A DNA stretch of 60,320 bases from Desulfobulbales bacterium (GCA_041598875.1 JBFHXP010000003.1:1-60320); one strand, 5' to 3'. Shown: positions 43,659 to 55,682, numbered from the stretch's first letter. Numbers and translations: made by a program. Notes: generated by a model from the letters alone, not told the origin.

Positions 43659-45047
43659 TCATTTCTTCAGGCCGAAAATCCCCCCCTTTTTCGATGGGGC
43701 CAAGGCGGGCCCGCGCTTGCCTCGTCCCGGTGATCTCTTGTGGGACCCGGCCCTGGGAGGAGAGGGCAGTGCGATGAGATCCGGCGGAAGTTCGGTGGGG
43801 GCGTGATCCTTTCCTGTGGCCTCCATGAGCATCTGGTAGAGGAAAGAGCATTCCTTGAAATAGCTTTTCCGTTTGAGCCATTTGGGCCATTCGGCGCCAT
43901 TTTCCCCATGCACTGAGAAAAGGGGAAGGTGGACCAGGAGTTGGGTTATGCCCTCCCTGAGCGCCCGGCTGATGCTCAGATTCTCCAGGTTGGCATCGAT
44001 CCTGTTGCGGACGGAGCGGGAAAAGCCATGGCTCTTGGGCCCTTTGACCGAGGTGTTCATCAGGTCGAACTCCGCCTCGGCCCAGGGAATGAGCAGGGCG
44101 GCAAGCAGAAGATGATCGGCAAGGGGGCGTTCCTGCTGTTCATGGATTCGGTCAATGACCCGGGCAAGGGCGAGCAGGAGTTTCTGGCTGTTCTTTGCAG
44201 TGGGTGAATCAAGGAGGCAGGGCTTGTAAAAGGGGAGAAGCACGAAAATCAGGCCGCATTCCATGGCAAGTTTGATCCAGGGAGTAACGGAACTGCTGTG
44301 CAGGTCGCGGAACAATTCATCGCGCAACCGGGAGACCGGGCAGAGGGTAAGTTTATCCAGGTGATGCCCTATGGCGGCCCAGGTTTCCTTTTCCACCACA
44401 AAACCATTACGGGCAGCGTGACGAATTACCCGCATTATCCGGACCGGGTCGCGGGACAGACGGCGGTTCGGGTCGCCGACGGTGCGGATCACTCCATTGT
44501 TGAGATCTGTCACCCCGCCGATATAGTCAATGATGGAGAGGTTTTCTATATCATAAAAAAGGGCGTTGATGGTCAGGTCGCGACGCAGGGAATCGTCTGC
44601 CGGTGTGCCAAAGGTGTTGTTGGCCGCGAGAATCTCCTCTTTTCCGCTGTTGGTGACATCATGCTCGCTGCGACAGCGAAAGGTGGAGACCTCGATGATC
44701 TTGTTGCCATGAAAAAAGACCTGGACCAGGCGGAAACGTCTTCCGATGAGGCGGCTGTTGCGGAACAGTTTGCGCAGCTGGCCGGGACGGGCATCGGTGC
44801 TGATGTCAAAATCTTTCGGTTTTTTGCCGAGATAAAGGTCTCTTACCCCGCCACCGACCAGAAAGGCGGTATGGCCGGCATCGCGCAGCCGGTAGAGAAC
44901 CTTGAGCGCCTCCCGATCGATATTCTTTCTGGAAATCGGGTGTTCGGAGCGGGGAATTATCCTGGGAGCTGCGGCTTCTTCCGGCATGGTTTCCGTAAGG
45001 GGCTCCTCGGGTGAGGGACGTGTGGCATTCATGGACACAATACGCAA
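43659..45047 (-). CDS. pcnB: poly(A) polymerase I (tRNA nucleotidyltransferase superfamily)
   Basis: 462 aa. FLVGGGVRDLYLGKKPKDFDISTDA, RLIGRRFRLVQV and a basic C-terminal tail. Confidence 0.85.
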   Translation of the reverse strand: MRIVSMNATRPSPEEPLTETMPEEAAAPRIIPRSEHPISRKNIDREALKVLYRLRDAGHTAFLVGGGVRDLYLGKKPKDFDISTDARPGQLRKLFRNSRLIGRRFRLVQVFFHGNKIIEVSTFRCRSEHDVTNSGKEEILAANNTFGTPADDSLRRDLTINALFYDIENLSIIDYIGGVTDLNNGVIRTVGDPNRRLSRDPVRIMRVIRHAARNGFVVEKETWAAIGHHLDKLTLCPVSRLRDELFRDLHSSSVTPWIKLAMECGLIFVLLPFYKPCLLDSPTAKNSQKLLLALARVIDRIHEQQERPLADHLLLAALLIPWAEAEFDLMNTSVKGPKSHGFSRSVRNRIDANLENLSISRALREGITQLLVHLPLFSVHGENGAEWPKWLKRKSYFKECSFLYQMLMEATGKDHAPTELPPDLIALPSPPRAGSHKRSPGRGKRGPALAPSKKGGIFGLKK

Positions 45048-45179
45048 ACGCTTTCCGTGGGGCTCATCGCCAGTGGCTCTGCCGCAGGGAAAGCAAGTGA
45101 ATCTGGTAAATAGATGTTCATAGGCACGGTGTTTTCCCGCAACAGTAAAGAGGGCCTGCCACGGTGGGACTTTGCCCGA

Positions 45180-46154
45180 TCAGGATGCGACCGGTTCCTT
45201 GTAAATCGATTCCGCCTGGGAGACGAACTGGTCAAAAACCTCGCGCACCGTAAGAATATCCTTCATTTTATAGACGTTTTCACCGGAGAAGACCAGGCCG
45301 TTTTCAATATCGCCGTCATGGGCCTTGACCAGACGATCGGAGATGCAGAAGAAATGGTCACATTTTTTCAGGCACTTATACTTGCAGTCCTTGGTCTTCA
45401 TGTCCTCGCCCTGGGCGAGTTTCTCGGTAAAGGGAGTTTTAATCGCCCGACCCGGCATTCCCACCGGGGAATGGATCATCACCACATCTTCCTTGGAGGC
45501 ATTCAGATATGCCTGTTTGAAGGAGTCGGCCACTGAGCATTCCTTGGTTAGAACAAAACGGGTGGCGATCTGGATGCCGTCAGCACCATATTTGTCCATC
45601 ATTTCCGCCATTTCATAGCCGTTTGTTATGCCACCGGCCGCGATCAGCGGCACCTTGGTAACCACCTTGCGGATGGTTGGGAAAAGATCACGCAGGGGTA
45701 CATCGGTTCCCAGGTGTCCGCCGGCCTCCTTGGCCTCGACAATGATCGCCGCGGCTCCCAGTTTTTCGGCCAGCCTGGCAAATGCCGGCGAGGAGACAAT
45801 AGAGACGATGGGGGTGTTTGTTTCCCTGCCTATTTTAAAAATATCCCGGGAGAAACCGGCACCGGTGATGATCATGTCCACCCCGGCCTCAATGGACGCC
45901 ATGACCAGACTGTAGAAATTTTTCATGGCGTACATGATGTTTACGGCAATTATTCCCTGGGTCTCAGACTTGGCTTTGCGGATATCTGCCTTGAGTTCGT
46001 CGATGGGAATGGAGGAGCCGCCGATGGTGCCGATGCCCCCGCATTCCGCAACCGGCACAGCCAGAGCGGAGGTGGAGACACGGATAGACATTCCGCCTTG
46101 GATGATGGGCACCGGGGCTGTAAATGAGCCAATGGTCAGTGGGGGCAGTTTCAT
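45180..46154 (-). CDS. NAD(P)H-dependent flavin oxidoreductase of the nitronate monooxygenase / FabK family, with Cys-rich C-terminal extension
   Basis: 324 aa. PIIQGGMS, a TIM-barrel FMN-binding pattern (AAGGITNG), and the tail KDCKYKCLKKCDHFFCISD. Confidence 0.75.
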   Translation of the reverse strand: MKLPPLTIGSFTAPVPIIQGGMSIRVSTSALAVPVAECGGIGTIGGSSIPIDELKADIRKAKSETQGIIAVNIMYAMKNFYSLVMASIEAGVDMIITGAGFSRDIFKIGRETNTPIVSIVSSPAFARLAEKLGAAAIIVEAKEAGGHLGTDVPLRDLFPTIRKVVTKVPLIAAGGITNGYEMAEMMDKYGADGIQIATRFVLTKECSVADSFKQAYLNASKEDVVMIHSPVGMPGRAIKTPFTEKLAQGEDMKTKDCKYKCLKKCDHFFCISDRLVKAHDGDIENGLVFSGENVYKMKDILTVREVFDQFVSQAESIYKEPVAS

Positions 46155-46660
46155 TGTGTATTTTCTCGTAATGGGCCGATCGTAATCCTGAGGCGTGCCG
46201 CGTTATTCTGCAAAAAAGAAAAAAATCCCCGGGAAAAAGAGCAAAAAGCTCATGGGGAGTCATTTTTCTCCGTAAATAAGTACTATTTCAGTTTCAGGGA
46301 ATATGCCCCTCTTCATCCGGTTTGTCAAGTGAAGCTTGGCCTCGGTTCTTCTTCTTTTGTGCTTCGCCGGCTTGACATTTTTGGTGACTTGGGAGTAAAC
46401 TCGCATGCTTCTTTGCCTTGGGCAGAGTATGATCTATATGCCCGCAGGTGAATCATTTTTAAAGAGCGATGCCACGGGAGCCGGTTGGTATCGATGATTT
46501 GCCAACGGGTGTCCAGCTGGGCCCTGCCGATTAAAACATCACCGCACGATGATGATCAAGCGGAATACGGTGCGCCGCGGAAAGGTGCTGAGACTTTCGG
46601 TAAGGGCCGTTTTCAGATGAAAACGGAATATATGTATATATTAATGATAAGGAGTGGCTG

Positions 46661-47935
46661 GTGACGGTAAAGGCCCTGAAGGGGTTCAAGGATATTCTTC
46701 CCGAGGAGGTGCATGTCTGGCAGTGGATTGAGGCCACGGCCCGGGATATTTTTCACCGATACGGGTTTTGCGAGATCAAGGTGCCGATTGTCGAAAAAAC
46801 GGAACTCTTTGTCCGTTCTATCGGCGAGGCCACTGATATCGTTGAAAAAGAGATGTATACTTTCACCGATCGTAATTCCGCCTCAATAACCATGCGGCCG
46901 GAAGGAACCGCATCGGTGCTGCGCGCCTTTATTGAAAATGGCCTCCATGTCAGGCAACCGGTGAACCGACTCTACACCATTGGCCCGATGTTTCGCCATG
47001 AGCGGCCCCAGAAGGGGAGGTTGCGTCAGTTTCATCAGCTGAGCGTGGAGGTGGTCGGCTCAAGTCATCCCCGGGTTGACGCCGAGTTGATGTCCATGGC
47101 CTGGCTGCTGCTAACCGAGCTTGGGTTGTCGGCCAGCCTGGAAATCAACTCCCTGGGATGCCCCGAGTGCCGGCCTGCGTATAAAAAGTCGCTGGTCGAT
47201 TTTCTCACCCCCTTATCCGGATCCCTGTGTGAAGACTGTCAGCGGCGGCGCGATACCAACCCCCTGCGGGTTCTTGACTGCAAGAACGAGAAGTGCCGGG
47301 AGCTGACCCGGGAGGCGCCCTCGATTATCGAGCATCTCTGCTCCGGGTGTGCCGATCATTTTCAGGTTGCCGAACAGGGGTTGAAGGATCTTGATATCCC
47401 TTTTCGGATCAACCCGTTTATGGTTCGCGGGCTTGATTATTACACCAGAACCACCTTTGAGCTTCTCACCGATGCCCTCGGGGCCCAGGGAGCGGTTGGC
47501 GCGGGAGGGCGTTACGACGGGCTGGTCAGTCAGTTGGGCGGCCCTGCCCTGCCCGGCATAGGTTTTGCCATGGGCATGGAGCGTCTTGTCCTTCTTGCCG
47601 GGCTGAACAGCGAACAGAAGATACCGGTTGCTGTTCCCGATCTTTTTGTGGTTGCCCTGGGTGATGGGGCGATGGAGTACGGATTTTCCCTGGCCAGTGG
47701 CCTTCGAGTCCGTGGAATCCGGGTGGCAATCGATTACGAGGGGCGCAGTTTGAAGAGCCAGATGAAACAGGCGGATAAACTCGGTGCCCGGTTTGCCTTG
47801 ATTCTCGGAGAGAATGAATTAGAGGCGGGTTCCGCGGTACTGAAGAATCTTGCAACCAGCGAACAGGAAAGAGTAGAGCTGACCGATGGAGTAGCTGGGG
47901 CCAGTATGGCCCTTGCGGATCGGCTTTCCAGATAA
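46661..47935 (+). CDS. hisS: histidine--tRNA ligase
   Basis: 424 aa, GTG start. [31 protein letters not shown] and GGGRYDGL motifs. Confidence 0.95.
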   Translation: MTVKALKGFKDILPEEVHVWQWIEATARDIFHRYGFCEIKVPIVEKTELFVRSIGEATDIVEKEMYTFTDRNSASITMRPEGTASVLRAFIENGLHVRQPVNRLYTIGPMFRHERPQKGRLRQFHQLSVEVVGSSHPRVDAELMSMAWLLLTELGLSASLEINSLGCPECRPAYKKSLVDFLTPLSGSLCEDCQRRRDTNPLRVLDCKNEKCRELTREAPSIIEHLCSGCADHFQVAEQGLKDLDIPFRINPFMVRGLDYYTRTTFELLTDALGAQGAVGAGGRYDGLVSQLGGPALPGIGFAMGMERLVLLAGLNSEQKIPVAVPDLFVVALGDGAMEYGFSLASGLRVRGIRVAIDYEGRSLKSQMKQADKLGARFALILGENELEAGSAVLKNLATSEQERVELTDGVAGASMALADRLSR

Positions 47936-47960
47936 ACGAAGGATAAAGGAGCGCGATTCA

Positions 47961-49739
<1,779 letters not shown>

Positions 49740-49754
49740 GGGTAAAACGCGCTA

Positions 49755-49797
49755 CAAAAAAGCCCGGCTGACACCACTGTGTCAGCCGGGCTTTTTT
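49755..49797. terminator. bidirectional rho-independent terminator between convergent aspS and ppiD
   Basis: A6-agcccggctgaca...tgtcagccgggct-T6: a 13-bp perfect stem flanked by A and T runs. Confidence 0.85.
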
Positions 49798-49812
49798 ATT
49801 TCTTGCTTATTG

Positions 49813-51717
49813 TTACAGGTATTCGGTCCTGATTTCTATTTCCGCCTGTTTTTTCAGCCCGCGCAACCAGGAGTCGAGAAGGCCGGCCTTTTTTTCTTCA
49901 ACAATGCGGGCCTCCATGGCAGCCTGCTGTTCCGGGGTAAGGGCGTCAGCTGGTTCCCTCTTTTCCTTCAGGCGGTAGACATAAAAAGATTTTTCCCGCT
50001 GGGCGACGCTCCCGGCAAAGGGATGTGCCTCGGAAAGGGAAAACCCGTTTTCCGCAAATGCCGTGGGGAGCATCTGTGTGGATATGATTTCAGGATTTTG
50101 CCGGGAAAAAAATCCGGTCTCTTTCACGGTTGTTCCCGCCTGTCTGGCCAGATCTGCCCACTCACTCTTTTTCTCGGTCGCGGCTGCAAGGAGGTTTTGC
50201 GCAGCTTCCTCAGCCTTTGCCTCGGCCTGTTTGGCAATCGCCCCGGCCTTCACCTGGTTGCGGATTTTTTCAAGGGGTTCTGCTTCGGCCTCCTTCAGAT
50301 CTTCAGCAAAAAGAATTGCATACCCCTGACCCAGGGTCACCAGGGAGCTTAACTCCCCCTTTTTCAGGGCAAAGGCGGCTTCAAGAAACGCGGGATCCTG
50401 GGCCACTTTGTCGGCGGGCGGGGTGTTTTTGCTGAAAAACCCGGTTGTCTTGACCTCGGCCTCGCCGCTTTCCCCGTACTTTGTCAGGCTGCCGGCAAGA
50501 ATGATTTTTTCATAGGCGCTGTTTGCCGCGGCAAAGGCCAGGGCGCGGGCCTGATTCTGTTTCACTTCCAGTTCGATATCCTTTTTCGCCTCTTCCAGGG
50601 GGATGATTCGCGACGGTTTTATCGCCTCGAGCTTGATAATATGAAAACCGAACGAGGTGCGGACAACCCCGCTGATCTCGCCTTGCTGGAGAGAAAATAC
50701 CGCGTTTTCAAATTCCGGTACCATCTGGTTTCTGCCGAAGAAGCCAAGATCTCCGCCCTGGGCTGCGGAGGGCCCTTCGGAATACCTTTTGGCAAGCTCG
50801 GCAAAATCGCCGCCCTCCCGCACCTTGAGAAGTATTTCTTCCGCCTCCTTGCGGCGGTTCTCAGCCGCCTCCGCGGGCGCCTCGGAATCAACCTTGAGAA
50901 GAATATGCCGGGCGGAACGCGTTTCCGGGACAGTGAAACGGTCAAAGTTCTGGCGGTAAAAATCGGAATACTCGGACTCATCCGGCGCAACCGCGGCCAG
51001 ATACTCGTCAAGGGAATAGGCGAGATAGCGGACATTCACCTCAGCCGCTGTCATGAACTCATTTTTGTGCTCTTCATGGTAGGCGGCAATTTCTTCCTCC
51101 GAAATGGTCAGTTGATCGGTGAAATCGCCGGCGTTGAAACGGGCGTATTCAATATTTATCTCCTGATTTTCATAAAGAATTCGGTCCCGGACTTCCGCCG
51201 GGGTGACCATGGCAAGCCTTGACATTGAGGCGATCAGCTTTGCAGAGAGCAGGTCGGCCCGCAGAGAGGCCTCGTAGGTAGAGGGAGAGAGTCGCGAGCC
51301 GGCGAGGATTGTCTTGTACAGATTCATGTCAAAGACCCCGTTGGAACGAAAGGCCTCCATCCCCTCAACTGCCTTGCGAACTTCTGGTCCGCTGACCACA
51401 AGTCCCATCTCCCGCGCCCCCTGGCGGAGGAGCGCACCCTGGATAAGCTGTTCCAGCGCCTGCTCCTTAATGCCCAGGGAGTCGATCAGCTCCTGGGGCA
51501 GGCTTTCCCCCAACTGGTCACGGTATGCGGTGGTCATCCGGTCAAAGGACCTCCGGTATTCGTTGTAGGAGATGGGCTCGTCATTTACCCGGGCGATTTC
51601 ATCGCCGCTGTTTTTCTGGCTGCTGCCGACCCCCCAGAAAACAAAAACCACGGCAATTATTACTACCGTGAACTGAATTATTGGTGACTGCGCCTTTCTT
51701 CGCAACAGGTCTAACAT
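49813..51717 (-). CDS. ppiD: periplasmic chaperone / peptidyl-prolyl isomerase PpiD
   Basis: 634 aa. MLDLLRRKAQSPIIQFTVVIIAVVFVFWG anchor and a parvulin domain (ARHILLKV...GGDLGFFGRNQMVPEFE...FGFHIIKL). Confidence 0.9.
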   Translation of the reverse strand: MLDLLRRKAQSPIIQFTVVIIAVVFVFWGVGSSQKNSGDEIARVNDEPISYNEYRRSFDRMTTAYRDQLGESLPQELIDSLGIKEQALEQLIQGALLRQGAREMGLVVSGPEVRKAVEGMEAFRSNGVFDMNLYKTILAGSRLSPSTYEASLRADLLSAKLIASMSRLAMVTPAEVRDRILYENQEINIEYARFNAGDFTDQLTISEEEIAAYHEEHKNEFMTAAEVNVRYLAYSLDEYLAAVAPDESEYSDFYRQNFDRFTVPETRSARHILLKVDSEAPAEAAENRRKEAEEILLKVREGGDFAELAKRYSEGPSAAQGGDLGFFGRNQMVPEFENAVFSLQQGEISGVVRTSFGFHIIKLEAIKPSRIIPLEEAKKDIELEVKQNQARALAFAAANSAYEKIILAGSLTKYGESGEAEVKTTGFFSKNTPPADKVAQDPAFLEAAFALKKGELSSLVTLGQGYAILFAEDLKEAEAEPLEKIRNQVKAGAIAKQAEAKAEEAAQNLLAAATEKKSEWADLARQAGTTVKETGFFSRQNPEIISTQMLPTAFAENGFSLSEAHPFAGSVAQREKSFYVYRLKEKREPADALTPEQQAAMEARIVEEKKAGLLDSWLRGLKKQAEIEIRTEYL

Positions 51718-51998
51718 GATTTTCTCCTTGTCCGCCTGATCAATTAATCACTGTGTAAACTGTGTTTCCGTGCGATGAGATGAGTGGCTGCCCATTGCCG
51801 ACTTCTATATTCTGGGCTCTCAGTTTAATCCTGTAAATTACCCTAAGTAATTGATTGATTGCCAGTGAAAAAGAGATATCTGACGGAAAAGTTCGCCCGG
51901 GGTGGAAAAATGGTCCCGCCCTATCTCCTTGAAAGTATGCGCCGCCGTAGCCGCTGCCGGCAGGCGCTGGTGAAAAAGATAAAAATGTCATTGACACC

Positions 51999-52045
51999 AC
52001 ACTATATAGGGGGTATCTAGTTTTTTAAACAACAACATGTTGTGT
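51999..52045 (+). promoter_or_regulatory. two candidate NrdR boxes overlapping a TTGACA-17-TATCTA promoter upstream of nrdD
   Basis: Box 1 is ACACTATATAGGGGGT (51999-52014) and box 2 is CAACAACATGTTGTGT (52030-52045). They match the remembered consensus acacwatatatwgtgt at 13/16 and 12/16 positions, with centres 31 bp apart. The -35 TTGACA is at 51991-51996. Confidence 0.5.
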
Positions 52046-52206
52046 TCTGCCCAGGGAGGCGGGAAACCTTTTCACCGGTAGCTTACCGCCTGGAAACCCC
52101 TTGTTCCGGCGGGGCCCCGGGTCCGTTTTCAGTCCGGAAACGGGAGTTTTTTCATGAGGCGTATTCTGCGTATTCGTTACAATCCATTGCGTGCGGGAGG
52201 ATAAAT

Positions 52207-54369
52207 ATGGGAGTGGTGATGCCGATCAAGGCGGAAAAGGAAAAGGGAGTTGCCGGCGGAACGGCTCCAGGACTGTCTCGTGGACCGGGAGAGACAACGG
52301 ATATGGCCCTTTTTGTCAGAACCTCCCAGGAGGATATGACCGGTTGGAACCGGCAGCGGATCGTCGATGCCCTGCTTCGGGAAACCTATATTGACAAGGA
52401 TACCGCCGAGCGTATCAGCATTGATGTCGAGCAGACCATTGCCTCTGGCAAGGTTCAGGCGATAACCGGTCCCCTCGTCCGGGAGCTGGTCAATGCCAAG
52501 CTTCTTGATCTGGGCCTGGAGCAGGCCCGCCGCATGCACACCCGTCTTGGTGTCCCCCTCTATGATGTGGACCAGCTCCTTGTTCATCCCAACAAGGAAA
52601 ATGCCAATGTGCCCCACGGCCCGGAAGCCACCAACATGACCCTGGCCGAGGGAATAAAGAAAGAGTATGCCCTGCTTCATGTCTTCTCGCCCGATGTGGC
52701 GGACGCCCACCTGAACGGCGACCTCCACATGCATGACCTCGGTTTCATCGACCGGCCCTACTGCTCGGGCCAGTCTCTGGAATATATCAAGAAATTCGGC
52801 CTCAACCTGCCCCATGCCCTGTCAATGGCCAAGCCGGCCAAGCACGCCGAGGTGCTTCTGGCCCACATGGTCAAGTTCGCCGCGGCCCTGCAGAGCCATT
52901 TTGCCGGTGCCATCGGCTGGGACGCGGTCAACCTTTTTTATGCGCCCTATCTTGAGAATCTGACCGACCGCGAGGTGCATCAACTGGCCCAGATGCTCAT
53001 TTTCGAGTTCTCCCAGCAGGCCGTTGCCCGGGGCGGTCAGGCCATTTTCTCGGATATCAACATCTACTGGGAGGTGCCCAAACATTTTGAGAATGTGCCG
53101 GCCATCGGCCCGTGTGGCAAGTACACCGGCAAGACCTATGGCGAGTACGAGAAACATGCCCAGCGTTTTGCCTGGGCCCTGTTTGATGTATATAAGGAAG
53201 GCGATGCCTGCGGGCGTCCCTTCTTTTTCCCCAAACCCCTGGTTCATATCACGGAAAAGTTCTTCAAAACCGAGGGGCATATGGATTTTCTCCACCATAT
53301 TTGTGATGTGGCCGCGGATAAAGGCAATACCTATTTTGTCTTTGACCGGGGGGAAACGGCGAAAATTTCCGAGTGCTGCCGACTTAGTTTCAAGCTTGAC
53401 GCCAGTGATCTTGAGGACGCGAAGAAGCCCTGGCGGATGCGCTATTCAGCCCTGCAGAACATCACCATCAATCTGCCCCGCGTTGCCCTTCTGGCCGATG
53501 GCGACGATACCGCCCTTTTTTCTCTGCTCACCGATCGGATCATGCTCGCGGTCAAGGGGCATGAGCAGAAGAGGAAATTTATTGAAAAACTGATGGCCCA
53601 TGGCGAAAACGGGCCACTCTCTCTGCTGGCCATGAAGCTGGATGGCGAGGAGTATCTCCGGCTTCATCGCTGCACCTATCTTGTGGGCATGGTCGGGCTT
53701 AACGAGTTGATCAGGATTCACAAGGGAGGCGAGCTTCACCAGTCTGATGACGCCATGAAATTCGGCCTCAAGGTTATTGCCCACATGAATCTGATGTGCA
53801 GGAAGATGAGCGAGGAGGCGGGGATGCGCTTTGTTCTTGAGCAGACCCCGGCCGAAAGCACTGCCTATCGCTTCGCCAAGCTCGATCTGGCCCAGTTCGG
53901 CGCCCCGGTCAGGGAGGTGCTGCAGGGAGATATGGAGCGGGGAGAAATCTACTACACCAACTCCACCCTGTTCAATGTAGGCACCACCATGAGCCCCATT
54001 GAGCGGGTCCAGCGCGAGGGGTTGTTTCATCCCCTGATCGAGGCTGGTTCCCTCACCCATATCTGGCTTGGCGAGGCTCAGCCCGACAAGAAGGCCCTGG
54101 CTGATTTTGTCATAAATGTGTTCCGCTATACCGAGAATGACCAGGTCGCCTTTTCTCCGGAATTTACCGCCTGCCTGGATTGCAACAGAACATCGCGGGG
54201 ACTGGTGGAAAAATGCGTGTACTGTGACTCGAAACATGTGGACGGCATTACCCGGATAACCGGTTACTTCACAAAGACATCAAGCTGGAACAAGGGAAAA
54301 ATCGGTGAGTTGCGGGATCGCTACCGCAATCGCAACCGTTTTTCACAGGTGGGAAGTAAGGAGAGCTGA
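52207..54369 (+). CDS. nrdD: anaerobic ribonucleoside-triphosphate reductase (class III)
   Basis: 720 aa from ATG 52207 (SD GGGAGGA; the ORF-track start at 52042 is too long). ATP-cone-like N-terminus, C-terminal zinc site CLDC...CVYC and glycyl-radical motif RITGYF. Confidence 0.93.
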   Translation: MGVVMPIKAEKEKGVAGGTAPGLSRGPGETTDMALFVRTSQEDMTGWNRQRIVDALLRETYIDKDTAERISIDVEQTIASGKVQAITGPLVRELVNAKLLDLGLEQARRMHTRLGVPLYDVDQLLVHPNKENANVPHGPEATNMTLAEGIKKEYALLHVFSPDVADAHLNGDLHMHDLGFIDRPYCSGQSLEYIKKFGLNLPHALSMAKPAKHAEVLLAHMVKFAAALQSHFAGAIGWDAVNLFYAPYLENLTDREVHQLAQMLIFEFSQQAVARGGQAIFSDINIYWEVPKHFENVPAIGPCGKYTGKTYGEYEKHAQRFAWALFDVYKEGDACGRPFFFPKPLVHITEKFFKTEGHMDFLHHICDVAADKGNTYFVFDRGETAKISECCRLSFKLDASDLEDAKKPWRMRYSALQNITINLPRVALLADGDDTALFSLLTDRIMLAVKGHEQKRKFIEKLMAHGENGPLSLLAMKLDGEEYLRLHRCTYLVGMVGLNELIRIHKGGELHQSDDAMKFGLKVIAHMNLMCRKMSEEAGMRFVLEQTPAESTAYRFAKLDLAQFGAPVREVLQGDMERGEIYYTNSTLFNVGTTMSPIERVQREGLFHPLIEAGSLTHIWLGEAQPDKKALADFVINVFRYTENDQVAFSPEFTACLDCNRTSRGLVEKCVYCDSKHVDGITRITGYFTKTSSWNKGKIGELRDRYRNRNRFSQVGSKES

Positions 54370-54397
54370 GAGAGACTTTATCTGGAGGAATACGAAA

Positions 54398-54712
54398 ATG
54401 ACTCTGTTTACGAAAGAGGATTGTGTGCTTTGTGACCGGCTCAAGGGCCGGTTTGACCTTGCGGCCATGGATGTCGTGGTCGAGGTGCTCGATGACCGCA
54501 ACTCGGGCGCTCTTGCCCACCTTGCCTGGCACAGCCTGGTGGAGACCGCGAGAAAAACCCTGCCGGTGCTGGTTCTGGATGATTGCACCTCGGTTGCTGA
54601 ATTCAGCGTGATTGAGCGTCACCTGGCCCAGCGTGCCTCGGCGTATGGGGTCGCTTTTCATGTGGCTGCGGCCGGAGTAAACTGCGAGGGCGACAGCTGC
54701 AGTTTTAATTAG
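54398..54712 (+). CDS. glutaredoxin/NrdH-like thioredoxin-fold protein
   Basis: 104 aa from ATG 54398 (SD GGAGGA). MTLFTKEDCVLCDRLK has a CxxC at the start of helix 1, and TLPVLVLDD is a cis-Pro-type motif. The TAG stop is completed by the first base of a MITE-like repeat. Confidence 0.65.
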   Translation: MTLFTKEDCVLCDRLKGRFDLAAMDVVVEVLDDRNSGALAHLAWHSLVETARKTLPVLVLDDCTSVAEFSVIERHLAQRASAYGVAFHVAAAGVNCEGDSCSFN

Positions 54713-54759
54713 TGTCCGTCCGGAAAGTCTTTTGTTCCGGAGAATAACATTTCCGGATG
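54712..54759 (+). repeat. mini / rearranged copy of the MITE-like family between the nrdH-like gene and nrdG
   Basis: gtgtccgtccggaaagtcttttgttccgga-gaataaca-tttccggatg: a left-end hairpin plus a right-end-like core. Confidence 0.6.
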
Positions 54760-54784
54760 GATCCGGTGGTTGGTTGGGGGTGTC

Positions 54785-55492
54785 ATGCCTGGTATCAAAG
54801 GTTTTCTCGAAACCTCGTTTGTTGACTGGCCGGGCCGGGTCTGTGCGGTTTTATTCCTGGGCGGCTGTAACCTGCGCTGCCCGTTCTGCCACAACCATCC
54901 CCTGGTTCTTGACCAGGAAAGTTTTCCTGCCTGCGGCCTTGAGGAGGTGATGGCCCGGCTGGCCCGGAGTCGGCAATGGCTGGGTGGAATCTGCGTAAGC
55001 GGTGGCGAGCCGACCCTGGACCCGGCGCTGCCGGGCATGCTTTCCCGGCTCAAGGAGGATGGCTGGGCTGTGAAACTTGATACCAACGGTACCCGGCCGC
55101 AGGTCCTTCGCTCCCTTTTCAGGGCCGGGTTGGTCGACACCGTTGCCATGGATGTCAAGGCGCCTCTGGTTCAAGAAAAGTATGACCGTCTTGCCGGCAC
55201 ACCGGTTGATCTGGAGCAGATCAGGGAGAGTATCCGCCTGATCGGAGACAGCGGGCTGGATCATGAGTTCAGGATGACCGTGGTGCCAGGTTTCCATGTG
55301 GAAGAGGATGTGTCGCTCTGGGCAGAAACGCTTGACAAATTTTCCGGCGAACCCCCTTCCCGGCTGACAGTGCAGAATTTTAACCCCAGGTCGACACTCG
55401 ACCCGGAACTGATGGAGGTCATTCCCTTTCCTCCGGAGGTGTTTTTACGGTTCAGGAACAGGGCACATCCCGTGGAGAAATGCGTCGCCTGA
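54785..55492 (+). CDS. nrdG: anaerobic ribonucleotide reductase activating protein (radical SAM)
   Basis: 235 aa from ATG 54785. SFVDWPG and GGCNLRCPFCHN motifs. Confidence 0.92.
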   Translation: MPGIKGFLETSFVDWPGRVCAVLFLGGCNLRCPFCHNHPLVLDQESFPACGLEEVMARLARSRQWLGGICVSGGEPTLDPALPGMLSRLKEDGWAVKLDTNGTRPQVLRSLFRAGLVDTVAMDVKAPLVQEKYDRLAGTPVDLEQIRESIRLIGDSGLDHEFRMTVVPGFHVEEDVSLWAETLDKFSGEPPSRLTVQNFNPRSTLDPELMEVIPFPPEVFLRFRNRAHPVEKCVA

Positions 55493-55682
55493 TCTGTTTT
55501 TTGGTGTTTCTCTCCAGGTTTTTCAGGGCAGTCATATTTCGAAAAAGATGGTATTGTTTGCTTGACAAAGCGCATTCCCTATATTATGAAGGAGTATTCA
55601 TTTTTTCGGTTAAAACTGCGGAAGAGTCAGTAAAAGAGCGGAACCCCATAATATTTATTCTGAAAATTTAAGGAGGATCAGC

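Noticed and set aside
46380-46660. T-box riboswitch in the hisS leader (ACGGTGCGCCGCGG vaguely like the T-box GGTGGTACCGCG; CAC codons present)
   Set aside because: The candidate box lacks the UGGN that pairs with the tRNA 3' end and is one nucleotide short. No AGAGA, GNUGGA or specifier-loop architecture could be identified.
52047-52206. Cobalamin riboswitch in the nrdD leader (AGGGAGGCGGGAAACC...CACCGGT)
   Set aside because: No B12 box (GCCACTG-type) and no recognisable multi-stem junction. The similarity is limited to a few G-rich words.
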